Notes: generated from the sequence alone by a model not told the origin. 54,732 nt of DNA from Candidatus Moraniibacteriota bacterium (GCA_027031495.1 JALVQA010000001.1:1-54732), one strand, 5' to 3'. Counted from the first letter of the stretch, positions 34,745 through 46,548 are shown. Program-made: numbers and translations.

Positions 34745-36130
34745 TTACAAACCATGTGATGCTTTGTATGCCGCCCACTGCTTCTTAGACCAGTCCTTTG
34801 GCTTTGTCGTGAGTTTTTGACGTGCCACATCACCGGGGTGTGGATAGTCACGTGGCGATTTATAATTGCTATAGAACACATCATCAATTATCACACTCCT
34901 ATCGGCAGCTATCACTTTCTGTGTAAGGTATGTCTTCATTGATCCATCCTGCTTCTTTTCCGTCACAAATGGACCTTTTACTTCTACACGACGTTCATCC
35001 TTTGTGCCGTAGATACGAAAAACAAGTTCTGTGCCATCAATAAAATTTTGCAACAAGATGTGATGTTTTGTATTGTTTTTGAAACGCAAATCCGGTCGTG
35101 GGATGTAGACCGTTGCGTCAAAACCGGTCGGCTGATAATATTTCACCGGATAGGAATGATTGTGACGTTCCGTTACTTCCAGCCCTGTCAAAACCGCCGC
35201 GCGAAAGAGTGTTGTAGACACCTGGCAGATGCCACCACCGTACTCCGGTTTGGTCTGATGGTCCCTTATGACAAGTTCTTTTGCATAGCCCGTCGTCCCA
35301 TCAACTGGCCCTAAAATTTTAACAAATGACAACTCTTCTCCCGGCGCAAGAATAACGCCATTAAAACGCGCTGCCGCCGTCTTAATGTTGTGAATCCGCG
35401 CCGCCGGTGAGCCGGCGAAATTTGAACGTCCTTCGCCAATAAGCTCGCGAATGCCTAAATCATTAACGTCTTCTATTGTAAATTTTGGTGCAACCGTACG
35501 TGATGGTAGCACGATTGTTTCCGGCGCAGTGCCCCCAAGAGCGCTCTGTGCGTAGTATGCGATGATTTCAACACTTTCATCAATAAGAACCTCTCTTCCA
35601 TTACGATGTGTACTAAACGCAACAACACGCCCGTTTTCCATCTGAAAACGTGCATCAGTTGGCGGCTGATAAAAATCTTGCGCAATACGCTTTACAAAAC
35701 GGCGAATATCATCCGTGCGCACAACAATACGTTCTTTTTTGCGCACATGATGCGCAAAACGCGAAGACTGCAAGAAACGACATCCAGGATGGTATGTGGG
35801 ACACGTATCAGCATAACGCATATTTTCCAATTCGCTACGATACGACGGATCCACTGTTAGTACTGTTTCTATAGTAAACCATTCATTAAAGTCTTTCCGA
35901 AGAAGTTTAATGCTCTCACTATCATTTATAACAAAATAGACATACTTCTCATGATCACGAATATGTTGCGGCACATCATCACTTTTTATTTCATCTGCCA
36001 CAGCTGTGTACGCAAACACAAATGCTCCACAAAGCGTTATATACACATATGCATATTTTATCCATCTTTTATACGCATTCATAAGTTTGTGCCCTATATT
36101 CACCAACATACAAAGACCATGTTTGCACAT
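34745..36130 (-). CDS. VanW-family protein with a YoaR-like peptidoglycan-binding region
   Basis: RIHNI, GGGICQVSTTLFRA, ERHNHS, GFDATVY, DLRFKNNT; N-terminal TM; exact start uncertain. Confidence 0.9.
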   Translation of the reverse strand: MCKHGLCMLVNIGHKLMNAYKRWIKYAYVYITLCGAFVFAYTAVADEIKSDDVPQHIRDHEKYVYFVINDSESIKLLRKDFNEWFTIETVLTVDPSYRSELENMRYADTCPTYHPGCRFLQSSRFAHHVRKKERIVVRTDDIRRFVKRIAQDFYQPPTDARFQMENGRVVAFSTHRNGREVLIDESVEIIAYYAQSALGGTAPETIVLPSRTVAPKFTIEDVNDLGIRELIGEGRSNFAGSPAARIHNIKTAAARFNGVILAPGEELSFVKILGPVDGTTGYAKELVIRDHQTKPEYGGGICQVSTTLFRAAVLTGLEVTERHNHSYPVKYYQPTGFDATVYIPRPDLRFKNNTKHHILLQNFIDGTELVFRIYGTKDERRVEVKGPFVTEKKQDGSMKTYLTQKVIAADRSVIIDDVFYSNYKSPRDYPHPGDVARQKLTTKPKDWSKKQWAAYKASHGL

Positions 36131-36160
36131 GGTCTTTCAAAGTAAACAATACTACCACTG

Positions 36161-36682
36161 CTAAAAACCACGTACCTGTATCTTCTTTACTTTGTTCGTT
36201 TGTGCCTTCGGCAGACGTATCGTCAAAATACCATTTTTTAGGGATGCCTCCGCTTTCTCAACAACAACATCCACAGGCAAAACAACACTGCGTGAAAACG
36301 AGCCCCAATAACACTCTTGATAATAATAATTCTCATCTTCAACAACCTCTTCTTGACGGCGCTCTCCCTTAATTGTCACCATGTCGTTGTTAATTGCAAC
36401 GTCGAGATCCTCCGGCTTTACACCAGCGATTGTTGATTTTATCACGATATCGTTATCCGTTTGATACACATCAATCGTCAATTGTCCTTCCGCATCGTTT
36501 TGTGCAATTTCCGATGTTGACCAATCCTGTGGTGACTGTGCCTGCTGTGATTGTTGTTGCATCGGCATTGCAGTTTCCTCTTCCTCGGAATACACCGGCA
36601 TTGATGTCTGCGTATCAGTGTTATCAAGAGTGTGTGATGCACCCGTTAATTTCTCAAAAAATGATCTCTTTTCCTTTGTCAT
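36161..36682 (-). CDS. Small heat-shock protein (Hsp20)
   Basis: IDVYQT, IAGVKPEDLDV, ECYWGSFSRSVVLP, ASLKNGILTIRLPK. Confidence 0.95.
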   Translation of the reverse strand: MTKEKRSFFEKLTGASHTLDNTDTQTSMPVYSEEEETAMPMQQQSQQAQSPQDWSTSEIAQNDAEGQLTIDVYQTDNDIVIKSTIAGVKPEDLDVAINNDMVTIKGERRQEEVVEDENYYYQECYWGSFSRSVVLPVDVVVEKAEASLKNGILTIRLPKAQTNKVKKIQVRGF

Positions 36683-36795
36683 ACTTTATGTAATGTTTTA
36701 TTTTTTTATATCCGCACGACGCGCAAAATGGATACCTTCATTATAAAAGACTCTTGCAAGAATTGCAATGTTTCTGTACATGTTTGCAATACCAA

Positions 36796-37977
36796 TTAAA
36801 ATGGATTACGTGCGCCACGTACTTCAAAATGCAGGTGCGGTCCTGTTGAGTGTCCAGTAGACCCAACTGCAGCAATACGCTGCCCACGTTTTACTTTTTG
36901 CCCCGTCTTAACATACAATTTGCTTGCGTGTGCGTATAGTGTCTTTGTCCCGTTTGGGTGCTGAATAACAACATAATTTCCATAACCACCATTCCATCCA
37001 TAACGCGCAATAATCACACGTCCTGACGCAGCCGCATAGATTGGCGTACCAACTGGCGCTGCCATATCAATAGCGTTGGTGCGATGTAACCCTTGTGTTC
37101 GCACGTAGCGACCTAATGGACGTGCGTAATATGATCGCGATACTGCCACCTGCTTCGCAACTTTAATGGATGTATACGTTCTTTTTTGTAACGTTGAAGA
37201 TGTACGTGGTTTTGGCTTTACCACCTCTTCCTTTACGCCATCAGGCACAATAATTTCCTCACCAATTTTTAATTCACCATTAGCAGGTAGGCCGTTGTAA
37301 CTTATGATTGCATCGGAACTTGCCTTATACTTCTTTGCAATAGATTCAACCGTATCCCCTTTAACAACTTTGTGACGCACACCATTTGTTGCGAGAATAA
37401 TAATTGTGTCGCCCGGTTTGATACGCGTAACATCATCAATTTCATTTGCCCACAACAATGTATCGACCGTTACACCATGATCACGCGCAATCTGCGCAAT
37501 CGTATCACCCTCTTTTACTGTATAGATCTTAATGCCACCATCATCAATTGCTTCAGCGCTCGTATCATTTGCGATACCGTACGCCATTGTCTCATCTTCC
37601 ACACCACTTGACAACGTGTTATCTTCTTGTTTTGTACCATGTGCCGGCGCAACAGGTACGGGCGCAAAAGCAAGATTACGTGATGTTTTTGGCACATGTA
37701 CATTACGCACATATCGCGATTCACCACCGCCAAAAAGTCGCGCAATAAAACTATCATCTGTTGCATAAATGCGCAGATTAAGTAGAGAAACCAAAATCGC
37801 ACTCACAATAACGATAGAAAGTGCTGTATAGTCACGAACGAATATGCGCGCAAGATGCCATAAGCGTGATGATTCACGCCATGCGCCAACTGCAACAACT
37901 TGTGCTGTATGTGACGTTCTTCTTATTGTATTATGAGTAATACGTCGCATGCGCATTCCTCGTTGCTTTGATTGCAT
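36796..37977 (-). CDS. LysM x2 plus M23 peptidase (cell-wall endopeptidase)
   Basis: Two LysM repeats (YTVKEGDT, HKVVKGDT); H...AID, GYGN, YAH, GHSTGPHLHFEV; start uncertain (37977 or 38028). Confidence 0.92.
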   Translation of the reverse strand: MQSKQRGMRMRRITHNTIRRTSHTAQVVAVGAWRESSRLWHLARIFVRDYTALSIVIVSAILVSLLNLRIYATDDSFIARLFGGGESRYVRNVHVPKTSRNLAFAPVPVAPAHGTKQEDNTLSSGVEDETMAYGIANDTSAEAIDDGGIKIYTVKEGDTIAQIARDHGVTVDTLLWANEIDDVTRIKPGDTIIILATNGVRHKVVKGDTVESIAKKYKASSDAIISYNGLPANGELKIGEEIIVPDGVKEEVVKPKPRTSSTLQKRTYTSIKVAKQVAVSRSYYARPLGRYVRTQGLHRTNAIDMAAPVGTPIYAAASGRVIIARYGWNGGYGNYVVIQHPNGTKTLYAHASKLYVKTGQKVKRGQRIAAVGSTGHSTGPHLHFEVRGARNPF

Positions 37978-38057
37978 ATCCTTTATAATTGGCAACTTGC
38001 AGTATATCACATAAATACTCCCTCTCATCCTACTTCAGCAGTGTGTTTTGTCAATTT

Positions 38058-40031
38058 TTATTTTTCTCGCACAATCTTTTTCAGCATACGGATTTCATCA
38101 CGGAGAATTGCAGCTTCTTCAAAGTGCAGTTTGCGTGCCGCATTTTTCATTTCTTTCTCTTTCGCTTTTATCACAGCTGTTATATTTTGTAGTGACGCTA
38201 GTGTTGCAAATTCTTCCACAACAGCACTTTTTTCTTCTTTACGCTCAATAAGAGAATTAATGCCTTTTGCAACACTCTGTGGCGTGATTCCTTTCTCTCT
38301 ATTATACGCTATCTGCTTTGCACGCCGGCGCTTCGTTTCCTCTATCGCCCGTTTAAGCGAACCTGTTACCGTGTCCGCGTACAAGATCACACGTCCGTGC
38401 ACATGACGCGCGGCACGCCCAATTATCTGAATGAGTGACGTTTCACTTCGCAAAAACCCTTCCTTATCAGCATCAAGAATGGCAACCAGCGACACTTCCG
38501 GTAGATCAAGCCCCTCGCGCAACAAGTTCACACCAACGAGAACATCAAATGTCCCTCTGCGTAAATCCTCAAGAATCGCAACACGGTCCAGCGTATCAAC
38601 GTCAGAGTGCAGGTATTCCGCCTTGATAGCATGTTGTGTCATGTAATCACTTAAATCCTCCGCCTGCTTTTTGGTCAACGTGGTGATCAGTGCACGCTCG
38701 CCACGCCTCAAAACCGTCTCAATTTCATTAATAACATCTTTCACTTGAGTTCTCGTCGGACGCACAATGAGATCCGGGTCAACAAGCCCCGTTGGTCTGA
38801 TAATCTGTTCAACAATCTGCGTGCTCTGTACGCGCTCATACGCACCCGGCGTTGCACTCACATAGATCACGTTATTGATACGTGCTTCAAATTCCTCAAA
38901 TGTCAGCGGTCGGTTATCCAGCGCACTCGGGAGGCGAAATCCGTGCTTTATGAGATTTTCCTTGCGCGCACGATCACCGGCACTCATACCACCAATTTGC
39001 GGTACCGTTACATGCGACTCATCAATAACCATGAGGAAATCGTCGGGAAAGTAATCAATGAGTGTATATGGCGCTTCGCCCGGTGCACGACCGGTCAAAT
39101 AGCGAGAATAGTTCTCAATACTGTTGCAGTAACCAACTGTACGCATCATTGCGATGTCCTGACGCGTGCGTCGCTCCAAGCGCACAGCTTCTACAATCTT
39201 GCCGGCCGTTTCCAGTTCTTTTACGCGTACTGCAAGATCATGTTCAATTTCCGCAAGCGCGTTCTCCATAATTTTTTCCGGCACGATAAAGTGCTTGGCA
39301 GGATAGATCAAGACCTCATCACGTGCGCACAACTTCTCGCCCGTCACAAGACTGTGCTCACTGATGCGATCAATCTCATCACCAAAAAGTTCAACACGCA
39401 CAACGATCTCTTGACCCGCCGGTACAATCTCAATCGTCTCACCGCGCACACGAAAACGGCCACGCGTCAAAATATCATTACGCATATATTGCAGATCAAC
39501 CAATTGTTTGATGAGATCACCACGTGTACACCTTGCGCCCCGCCTTATCGCAAGCATGCCTTTGCGATAAAAATCCGGTGAACCGAGGCCATAGATACAC
39601 GATACGCTCGCCACGATAATCACATCACGTCGCGTGAGTACTGCCGCTGTTGCCGCATGACGCAGACGATCAATTTCCTCGTTAATCTGCGTTTCTTTCT
39701 CAATGTATGTATCCGTCGCACTCACGTACGCCTCTGGCTGATAATAGTCATAGTACGACACAAAATACTCCACCGCATTGCGTGGAAAGAATGTGCGGAA
39801 TTCCTGTGCGAGTTGCGCTGCGAGCGTTTTGTTATGCGCGATCACCAGCGTTGGACGTTGCACTTTGTGAATAACATTGGCAATCGTAAACGTCTTGCCG
39901 GATCCAGTCACGCCAAGAAGTATCTGTGCGCGATCACCACGCATAAGTCCGGTAACCAATGCATCAATCGCCTGCGGTTGATCACCGGCCGGTTTATAAG
40001 ATGCTTCCAGATGAAAGCGATGTGTCTCCAT
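38058..40031 (-). CDS. uvrB: Excinuclease ABC subunit B
   Basis: [38 protein letters not shown]-terminal UVR domain. Confidence 0.99.
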   Translation of the reverse strand: METHRFHLEASYKPAGDQPQAIDALVTGLMRGDRAQILLGVTGSGKTFTIANVIHKVQRPTLVIAHNKTLAAQLAQEFRTFFPRNAVEYFVSYYDYYQPEAYVSATDTYIEKETQINEEIDRLRHAATAAVLTRRDVIIVASVSCIYGLGSPDFYRKGMLAIRRGARCTRGDLIKQLVDLQYMRNDILTRGRFRVRGETIEIVPAGQEIVVRVELFGDEIDRISEHSLVTGEKLCARDEVLIYPAKHFIVPEKIMENALAEIEHDLAVRVKELETAGKIVEAVRLERRTRQDIAMMRTVGYCNSIENYSRYLTGRAPGEAPYTLIDYFPDDFLMVIDESHVTVPQIGGMSAGDRARKENLIKHGFRLPSALDNRPLTFEEFEARINNVIYVSATPGAYERVQSTQIVEQIIRPTGLVDPDLIVRPTRTQVKDVINEIETVLRRGERALITTLTKKQAEDLSDYMTQHAIKAEYLHSDVDTLDRVAILEDLRRGTFDVLVGVNLLREGLDLPEVSLVAILDADKEGFLRSETSLIQIIGRAARHVHGRVILYADTVTGSLKRAIEETKRRRAKQIAYNREKGITPQSVAKGINSLIERKEEKSAVVEEFATLASLQNITAVIKAKEKEMKNAARKLHFEEAAILRDEIRMLKKIVREK

Positions 40032-40121
40032 GAACAGTTATCATATCAATTATTTCAGCATATCCGTGTAATATGGACACATTATTATAACATATGACAC
40101 AAGGACATCACACGTTCTGTC

Positions 40122-41807
40122 TTACGGAACAAATGGACCAATATTATCCGGTTTATAGGAATATGACCATAATTTCCTTTGATACTCACGCACAACACGG
40201 TTAGTATTAAATGTTGCCAACAACGTGATAGCACTAAGCATGCGCCGTGTCCACCGTACCGGGTGGTTTTCATAAATGTCCATTGCCATCTCCAACTGAA
40301 GCAATAATTCATATGCATCATGCTGATTTAGATAATCATTACGCTGCGCTTCAGTGCCGGGAAAACTCCAACCAGCACTTGGTGATAACTCAAAACCTTC
40401 CAACCACCATCCATCTGCTACCGAGAGATTGAGTACGCCATTAAGCGCCGCCTTCATGCCACTTGTACCACTTGCCTCGCGTGGCGGCACCGGCGTATTG
40501 AGCCAAATATCGGCACCGGCAACAAGTTGTCGTGCAATGTCAAGATCGTAGTCTGATGCAACAACAACATTGACAACGCCGCGCAGTTGCCGCGCATAGT
40601 CATAGAGAGCAACACGCGCATCATTACAATACCTGTCATCAGGATGACATCGTCCGGCAAAAATAAGTTGCAATCTACCCCTTCCAAGTGCACGCAATTT
40701 TTCTATATCTTGAAAAATAAGTGTGTGTCGTTTATACGGCACATAGCGACGCGCAAAAACAAGTGTCAAAATATCCTCTTTGAAATAATCCTCATCACGT
40801 ATGTCATCAAAAGCAAAAAATTCGCGGCGTGCATTAACCCATTCGCAAAGCGCGCTCTTTTCTTGACGGTGTGCAGCGATCAGTGCCTCGTGCGGAATGC
40901 GATCCGGCGCTTGCATGAAAACTTCCGGTCGCTGCTTCCACTGTGGCAGATATGTGTCGTAGAGATCAGCTATCGCCTTACCTGCCCATCGTGGATGGTA
41001 TACGCCATTAGTAACATTTTGTAGCACGACACCGGGGAAGATTGTACTACACACTTCGTTATGACGTTCAGATACGCTATTTGCGCTGTGGCTTAATGCG
41101 ATACCCATATGCGCCATACTCAAGCGTCCATCCGATATATACGGCGCAATATCTTTCGGTAAAAAGTCCGTTAAAATTTGCCGCACCATTGCTACAGAGA
41201 AACGATCAAAACCAGCGGCAACCGGTGTGTGCGTTGTAAATGTGCATCGCGCGCGCACAGCATCAACATCGCCATGAAAACGGTGCCATAGCGCCAGTGT
41301 TAGAAATGCAGAGTGACCTTCATTCATATGGTAGTGAGCAATCTCACCATACCCCATTGCATCCAGCGCCGCAACGCCACCGACGCCCAGCACAACTTCT
41401 TGACAAATACGCGTATACTCATCATTTGCATAGAGATGACGCAAAATATCGCGGTCCCATGGCTTATTCTCCGGCACATTTGTTGTCAGAAACAGAAGTG
41501 GCACAGATTTCCCAAGTGCACCGTAGACATCCATTTTCCAAATCGCAACTACTACATCACGATCCTCTATACGCACTGTTACGCGCTTGCCCGTATCAGT
41601 AAGATAACGATCTATTGGAAATGCCTCATCCGGATTATCTGACCGATGATAAAAAAGTGTTACACCAACAATTGGCACACCCTCATCTGCGCACGAGTAC
41701 AATATATCTGCAGCTAAAACGCCAAGACCACCGGCGTAATTTGGCATCTCATTTATAAGAGCAAATTCCATTGAAAAATAAGCGATTGTTTTGTTTTGTC
41801 TTGTCAT
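40122..41807 (-). CDS. glgP: Alpha-glucan phosphorylase (short form)
   Basis: AYFSMEF, YAGGLGVLA, HMNEGH, FTTHTPV, EASGTSGMKAALNG. Confidence 0.95.
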   Translation of the reverse strand: MTRQNKTIAYFSMEFALINEMPNYAGGLGVLAADILYSCADEGVPIVGVTLFYHRSDNPDEAFPIDRYLTDTGKRVTVRIEDRDVVVAIWKMDVYGALGKSVPLLFLTTNVPENKPWDRDILRHLYANDEYTRICQEVVLGVGGVAALDAMGYGEIAHYHMNEGHSAFLTLALWHRFHGDVDAVRARCTFTTHTPVAAGFDRFSVAMVRQILTDFLPKDIAPYISDGRLSMAHMGIALSHSANSVSERHNEVCSTIFPGVVLQNVTNGVYHPRWAGKAIADLYDTYLPQWKQRPEVFMQAPDRIPHEALIAAHRQEKSALCEWVNARREFFAFDDIRDEDYFKEDILTLVFARRYVPYKRHTLIFQDIEKLRALGRGRLQLIFAGRCHPDDRYCNDARVALYDYARQLRGVVNVVVASDYDLDIARQLVAGADIWLNTPVPPREASGTSGMKAALNGVLNLSVADGWWLEGFELSPSAGWSFPGTEAQRNDYLNQHDAYELLLQLEMAMDIYENHPVRWTRRMLSAITLLATFNTNRVVREYQRKLWSYSYKPDNIGPFVP

Positions 41808-42098
41808 ATTTTTGCATTTTTCTCAAGTATAACATACTGTCACATAATTACTTACACAAACACTCTAAACACCATGAAGGCTCCATAGTTTAATATGCAT
41901 ACGGCATAATTAGATTGGTCGTTATACTAACAAATATTTTAATGTGCATAATCTCATCATTTGTGTTAAAATGTATAAGAGATATGATGAAATAAGCATA
42001 CAAAAATAAGAATCAAAAACAATTATGAACGCCTGTGATGCTGCAGTTGCTTTTTCTTCGGTATGCGAGTAACTGATGGCTCACCGTTGGATACGCTC

Positions 42099-43316
42099 AT
42101 GCCACAAAAGCCTCGTATTCTCATGTTTGGTTGGGAGTTTCCGCCGTTTAACAGCGGTGGTCTTGGTGTTGCGTGCCTTGGTCTGACACGTGCGCTTGCG
42201 CGACGCGGTGCTGACATTCTCTTTGTTTTACCTAAGAAAGTACCCGTTGATCCGGCATATATGCGCATGCTTTTTGCAGATGAGGCATCATCTATTACGA
42301 TAATCAATATTGATACACTTCTATCGCCGTATATAACAGAATACCTCTACAGCGAAAGACGTGCCGGCGTTGACGTACCATTTTATGCTGATGATCTTTA
42401 TAGCGAAGTATTGCGCTATGCAAAACGTGCTCGCGCTGTTGCGCAAAAAGAGAACTTTGATATTATCTATGCACACGACTGGCTCGCGTTTCTTGCCGGC
42501 AAAGAAGCACAGGATGTGAGTGGCAAGCCATTCGTTGCACATATCCATGCAACCGAATACGATCGTTGCGGTGGTGACAACATTAACGAAAAAATTGCAC
42601 ATATTGAGCGTCTCGGCCTTTCATGTGCCAACCATGTTATTGCCGTAAGCAACTACACGAAAGAGATCGTGATGCGCAAGTATGGCATATCGGCAGAAAA
42701 GATCAGCGTTGTTCATAATGGCATTGATGCAGAGGATTTTGTTGCGCCAACAGCTGAAGCGAAGACACTACAAGCACTCAAGAAAAATGGTACAAAAATT
42801 GTTCTCTTCGTTGGACGTATTACATATCAAAAAGGACTGGAGTATTTTTTGGAAGCGGCACAAAAAGCGCTTGCCTATAACGATAATATTGTGTTTGTCA
42901 TTGCAGGCAGTGGTGATATGCATACCTATATTATGGAAGAAGTTGCGCGGCGCAAACTTTCCAACAAAGTACTCTTTATGGGTTTTGTGCGCGGCAAAGA
43001 ATTACAAGAAGCTTATCGCATGGCTGATCTTTACATCATGCCATCCGTTTCCGAACCTTTCGGTATTACGACACTGGAAGCAATGCTTCACAATACACCT
43101 GTCATTGTTTCGCGTCAGTCTGGCGTCGCCGAGGTGGCACATCACGTCTTTAAAGTTGATTTTTGGGACACGGATGAGATGGCAAACAAGATTGTCGCTG
43201 TTGTGGAGCATGATGCGCTTCGCAATACTATGCGTGAGCAGGCTTATCGTGAAGTACAAGGAATCAACTGGGACACCGCCGCCAATAAGTGTCTTCATAT
43301 TTTTTATCAGCTTTAA
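42099..43316 (+). CDS. GT4 glycosyltransferase (glycogen-synthase-like)
   Basis: ILMFGWEFPP..SGGLG, AHDWL, HATEYDR, PSVSEPFGI; start set at ATG 42099 (42063 possible). Confidence 0.92.
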   Translation: MPQKPRILMFGWEFPPFNSGGLGVACLGLTRALARRGADILFVLPKKVPVDPAYMRMLFADEASSITIINIDTLLSPYITEYLYSERRAGVDVPFYADDLYSEVLRYAKRARAVAQKENFDIIYAHDWLAFLAGKEAQDVSGKPFVAHIHATEYDRCGGDNINEKIAHIERLGLSCANHVIAVSNYTKEIVMRKYGISAEKISVVHNGIDAEDFVAPTAEAKTLQALKKNGTKIVLFVGRITYQKGLEYFLEAAQKALAYNDNIVFVIAGSGDMHTYIMEEVARRKLSNKVLFMGFVRGKELQEAYRMADLYIMPSVSEPFGITTLEAMLHNTPVIVSRQSGVAEVAHHVFKVDFWDTDEMANKIVAVVEHDALRNTMREQAYREVQGINWDTAANKCLHIFYQL

Positions 43317-43324
43317 ATTTTTTT

Positions 43325-44737
43325 ATGGCATCTGTTTGTTTTTATTTTCAAGTACATCAACCGCTTAGACTTAAAAGCTATCGTGTTTTTGATATTGGCA
43401 ATGATCATAACTATTTTAACCATGCCGGTGAAGATAGCCGCAACAATCGCCTCATATTGGAGCGTGTTGCACAAAAATGTTATTTACCAACAAATGCGCT
43501 TTTGCTCGAATTGCTGCAAAAACATTCAGAGTTCCGCATTAGTTTTTCTCTTTCCGGCATCTTTCTTGAACAAATTGAACATGATTTCCCTAATGTTTTA
43601 ACATCATTTCAAAAACTTGTAGACACTGGCCGTGCTGAGATCCTAAGTGAAACGTACTACCATTCACTGGCATTTCTCTACTCACACGATGAATTCATGC
43701 GTCAAGTTGCAATGCATCGTGATAAGATAAAAAAACTCTTTGGTGTTACGCCACGCATCTTCCGCAACACAGAGCTTATCTACAACAATGATATTGCGCG
43801 CGTCGTGGAAGAAATGGGTTACGATGGTATCCTTGCGGAAGGTGCAGACCATATATTGTCGTGGCGCGCACCACATTTTCTCTATCGCCCTGTCGGCACA
43901 TCACATATTACAGCGCTTCTCAAAGACTATAAACTCTCTGATGACATTGCTTTCCGTTTTTCGGAAAAATCGTGGACAGAATATCCTCTTGACGCAGAAA
44001 AGTTTACACGTTGGATTAACAGCATCAATGGCAACGGTAATGTCGTCAATCTCTTTATGGATTACGAAACATTTGGCGAGCATCAATGGGAAGATTCCGG
44101 CATCTTCCAGTTTTTGCGCGCACTACCTGATGCAATCCTCTCCCACCCTGATAACGACTTTGTTACACCATCCGAAGCAATCGCACGGTATGAGGCCGTT
44201 GGTGAAATTGATGTACCACACTTTACATCATGGGCTGATAGTGAGCGCGATCTTTCAGCGTGGCGCTCCAACGCCCTGCAAGAAGACGCGTTGGAAAAAC
44301 TGTACGCACTAGAAAAAGACATCTATGCCACAGATGACCATGCACTCATCACCGACTGGCAGCGCCTCACAACATCTGATCACTTCTATTACATGTGCAC
44401 AAAGTGGTTTTCTGATGGCGATGTTCACAAGTACTTTAGCCCATACGAATCACCATACGAAGCATTTGTTGCATTCATGAACGTTCTACAAGATATCAAC
44501 ATTCGTCTTAAAGAGGCACAAGGAACTCATCAGAAAAAGATATCCACACGTGCACGAAAGAAAGAAAAAGAAAAACGTGCATGCACACAAAACACAAAAA
44601 GAGAGCAACGAAAAAGCACGCGTATGAAAACACAGTCCTCACCTCTTCGACGTCGACGTCGCCCCTTCGTACCAGCGCGCTACACAACGCACTATACCAG
44701 CACTATGGATGGCATTGTTCGCGTAGACAATATCTAA
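43325..44737 (+). CDS. GH57 alpha-amylase with a basic C-terminal tail
   Basis: YFQVHQP, ETYYHSL, FRNTELIY, MDYETFGEHQW, SWADSERDLSAW; start set at ATG 43325. Confidence 0.95.
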   Translation: MASVCFYFQVHQPLRLKSYRVFDIGNDHNYFNHAGEDSRNNRLILERVAQKCYLPTNALLLELLQKHSEFRISFSLSGIFLEQIEHDFPNVLTSFQKLVDTGRAEILSETYYHSLAFLYSHDEFMRQVAMHRDKIKKLFGVTPRIFRNTELIYNNDIARVVEEMGYDGILAEGADHILSWRAPHFLYRPVGTSHITALLKDYKLSDDIAFRFSEKSWTEYPLDAEKFTRWINSINGNGNVVNLFMDYETFGEHQWEDSGIFQFLRALPDAILSHPDNDFVTPSEAIARYEAVGEIDVPHFTSWADSERDLSAWRSNALQEDALEKLYALEKDIYATDDHALITDWQRLTTSDHFYYMCTKWFSDGDVHKYFSPYESPYEAFVAFMNVLQDINIRLKEAQGTHQKKISTRARKKEKEKRACTQNTKREQRKSTRMKTQSSPLRRRRRPFVPARYTTHYTSTMDGIVRVDNI

Positions 44738-44871
44738 AAACATGTCAAACAAGATAACCATCTAACTTCAAAAATTAATAAGGCATTCACCTCATAAGTG
44801 AATGCTCTTTTTTGTATACATATACAGTATCTTTGCTAAAGTGGCATTGTAGTTCCACTATAAAAGTGCGC

Positions 44872-46548
44872 CTAATGCGACACGCTGTATACACGCGTCT
44901 CCCACGGCTGAAAGAAGAGCGTATTATCAGTAATCGGGCGTGGCGATAAAACGTTGCATAGGAGAAGTTGCGCACGTTGTGTGCGGAGTACATCCGGCAC
45001 TGCAATATAATTATCCCACGACGCAAAATTAAACAAAACAACAATTGTTTCATCTTTGTCACTGCGTGCAAAACCGTACATAATATAATTATCAGGAAAT
45101 AGCGGCATAAAATCACCATAAACAAGTGCCGGCGTATACTTACGAATCATGATAAGGCGACGCACATAATGCCATATGGAGTGTTTGTCTTTTTGTTGTG
45201 TTGCAACATTAATATGCGTATATTGTGGATTGACATGTAGCCATGGCGTGTGTGAAGAAAAACCGGCATACTCTGCATCAGACCATTGCATCGGCGTACG
45301 TGCATTATCGCGATTCCACTGCGAAAGATCCGCTAACACCGCTCCTTGATCTTCACCGCTTGCTATACGCTGTTCATAAATACTACGCATTTTAATATCC
45401 GTTAACTCATCTGCGCATGATACTGTCATGTTGTTCATGCCTATTTCCTCTCCTTGTAAGAAAAATGGCGTACCGGGCGCTGTGAGCAAAAATGTCATGA
45501 TGAGTTTTGCAGATGCATCATGATAATGCATCGCATCACCATAAACCGATACACTTCGTGGGCTGTCGTGATTGCTAAAAGTGATAGTATTCCAAGCCTT
45601 ATGCGCAAAGGCTTCCGCCCATGTTCGCACAGCTTCTGTTACTTCTGGCCACCTGCCGCGTGCATCCATAATGTGATACTGATAAAGCAATTCCATCTCC
45701 TTACGATCATAGCCAACATAGTGCAATCCTTCCTCAGGTGTCAAAAAATATAACTCTCCAAAGACAATTGCGTTATATGGTTCCAGTACCTCACGATGAA
45801 TTTCATGCCACAGTTCGTGGATGCCTGGTTGGTTGGCAACAAGGCCTTCCGGGTGAATGTAGCGTCGTGTATCACCTGGTGCACGTGGTGCATCCGGAAA
45901 ACCTTCTGCTTTAATGTAAAAATTCCCCATATCGGCACGAAAACCATCGATGCCACGTTCAAGCCATCGGCGCATCATTGCAAAGATCTCTTCCTTCACG
46001 CGTGGATTACGCCAATTTAGATCTGGCTGATGCTGAGAAAAGAGGTGTAGATAGTACTGCTGTCGCGTCTCATCCCATGTCCATGCTGAGCCACCGATAT
46101 CGGATGCCCAATTATTCGGCTCGTGTCCATCAACGGCATCATGCCAGATGTAGAAGTCGCTTTTATCGTTCGTGCGACTTTTCCGTGATTCCAGAAACCA
46201 TGGGTGTTGATCTGATGTATGATTAACGACCAAATCTATAATAACGCGCATACCCAACGCATGAGCACGATTGATAAATGTAACAAAATCATCCATTGTG
46301 CCAAATGTTGGGTCTATACTATCGTAGTCGGAAACATCATAACCATTGTCAACCATTGGCGACTTATAAATGGGCGAAAGCCACAGTGCAGTAACACCGA
46401 GCTCTTTCAGGTAGGGTAACTTTTGTATAATACCGGGCAGATCACCCTTTCCATCGCCATTGCTATCATAAAAACTGAGAGGATAAATCTGATAAAAAAT
46501 CGCTTCTTTCCACCACGCATGACGTTCACGTTTTATTTCTTTTTTCAT
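44872..46548 (-). CDS. GH13 alpha-glucosidase/oligo-1,6-glucosidase
   Basis: YQIYPLSF.DSNGDGKGDL, DLVVNHTS, QPDLNW, DGFRAD, NHD, RDNARTPMQW; start 46548 or 46578. Confidence 0.94.
   Translation of the reverse strand: MKKEIKRERHAWWKEAIFYQIYPLSFYDSNGDGKGDLPGIIQKLPYLKELGVTALWLSPIYKSPMVDNGYDVSDYDSIDPTFGTMDDFVTFINRAHALGMRVIIDLVVNHTSDQHPWFLESRKSRTNDKSDFYIWHDAVDGHEPNNWASDIGGSAWTWDETRQQYYLHLFSQHQPDLNWRNPRVKEEIFAMMRRWLERGIDGFRADMGNFYIKAEGFPDAPRAPGDTRRYIHPEGLVANQPGIHELWHEIHREVLEPYNAIVFGELYFLTPEEGLHYVGYDRKEMELLYQYHIMDARGRWPEVTEAVRTWAEAFAHKAWNTITFSNHDSPRSVSVYGDAMHYHDASAKLIMTFLLTAPGTPFFLQGEEIGMNNMTVSCADELTDIKMRSIYEQRIASGEDQGAVLADLSQWNRDNARTPMQWSDAEYAGFSSHTPWLHVNPQYTHINVATQQKDKHSIWHYVRRLIMIRKYTPALVYGDFMPLFPDNYIMYGFARSDKDETIVVLFNFASWDNYIAVPDVLRTQRAQLLLCNVLSPRPITDNTLFFQPWETRVYSVSH

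Noticed and set aside
34745-36130. Vancomycin resistance from VanW
   Set aside because: VanW-domain proteins are widespread cell-wall proteins and no vanHAX genes are present.
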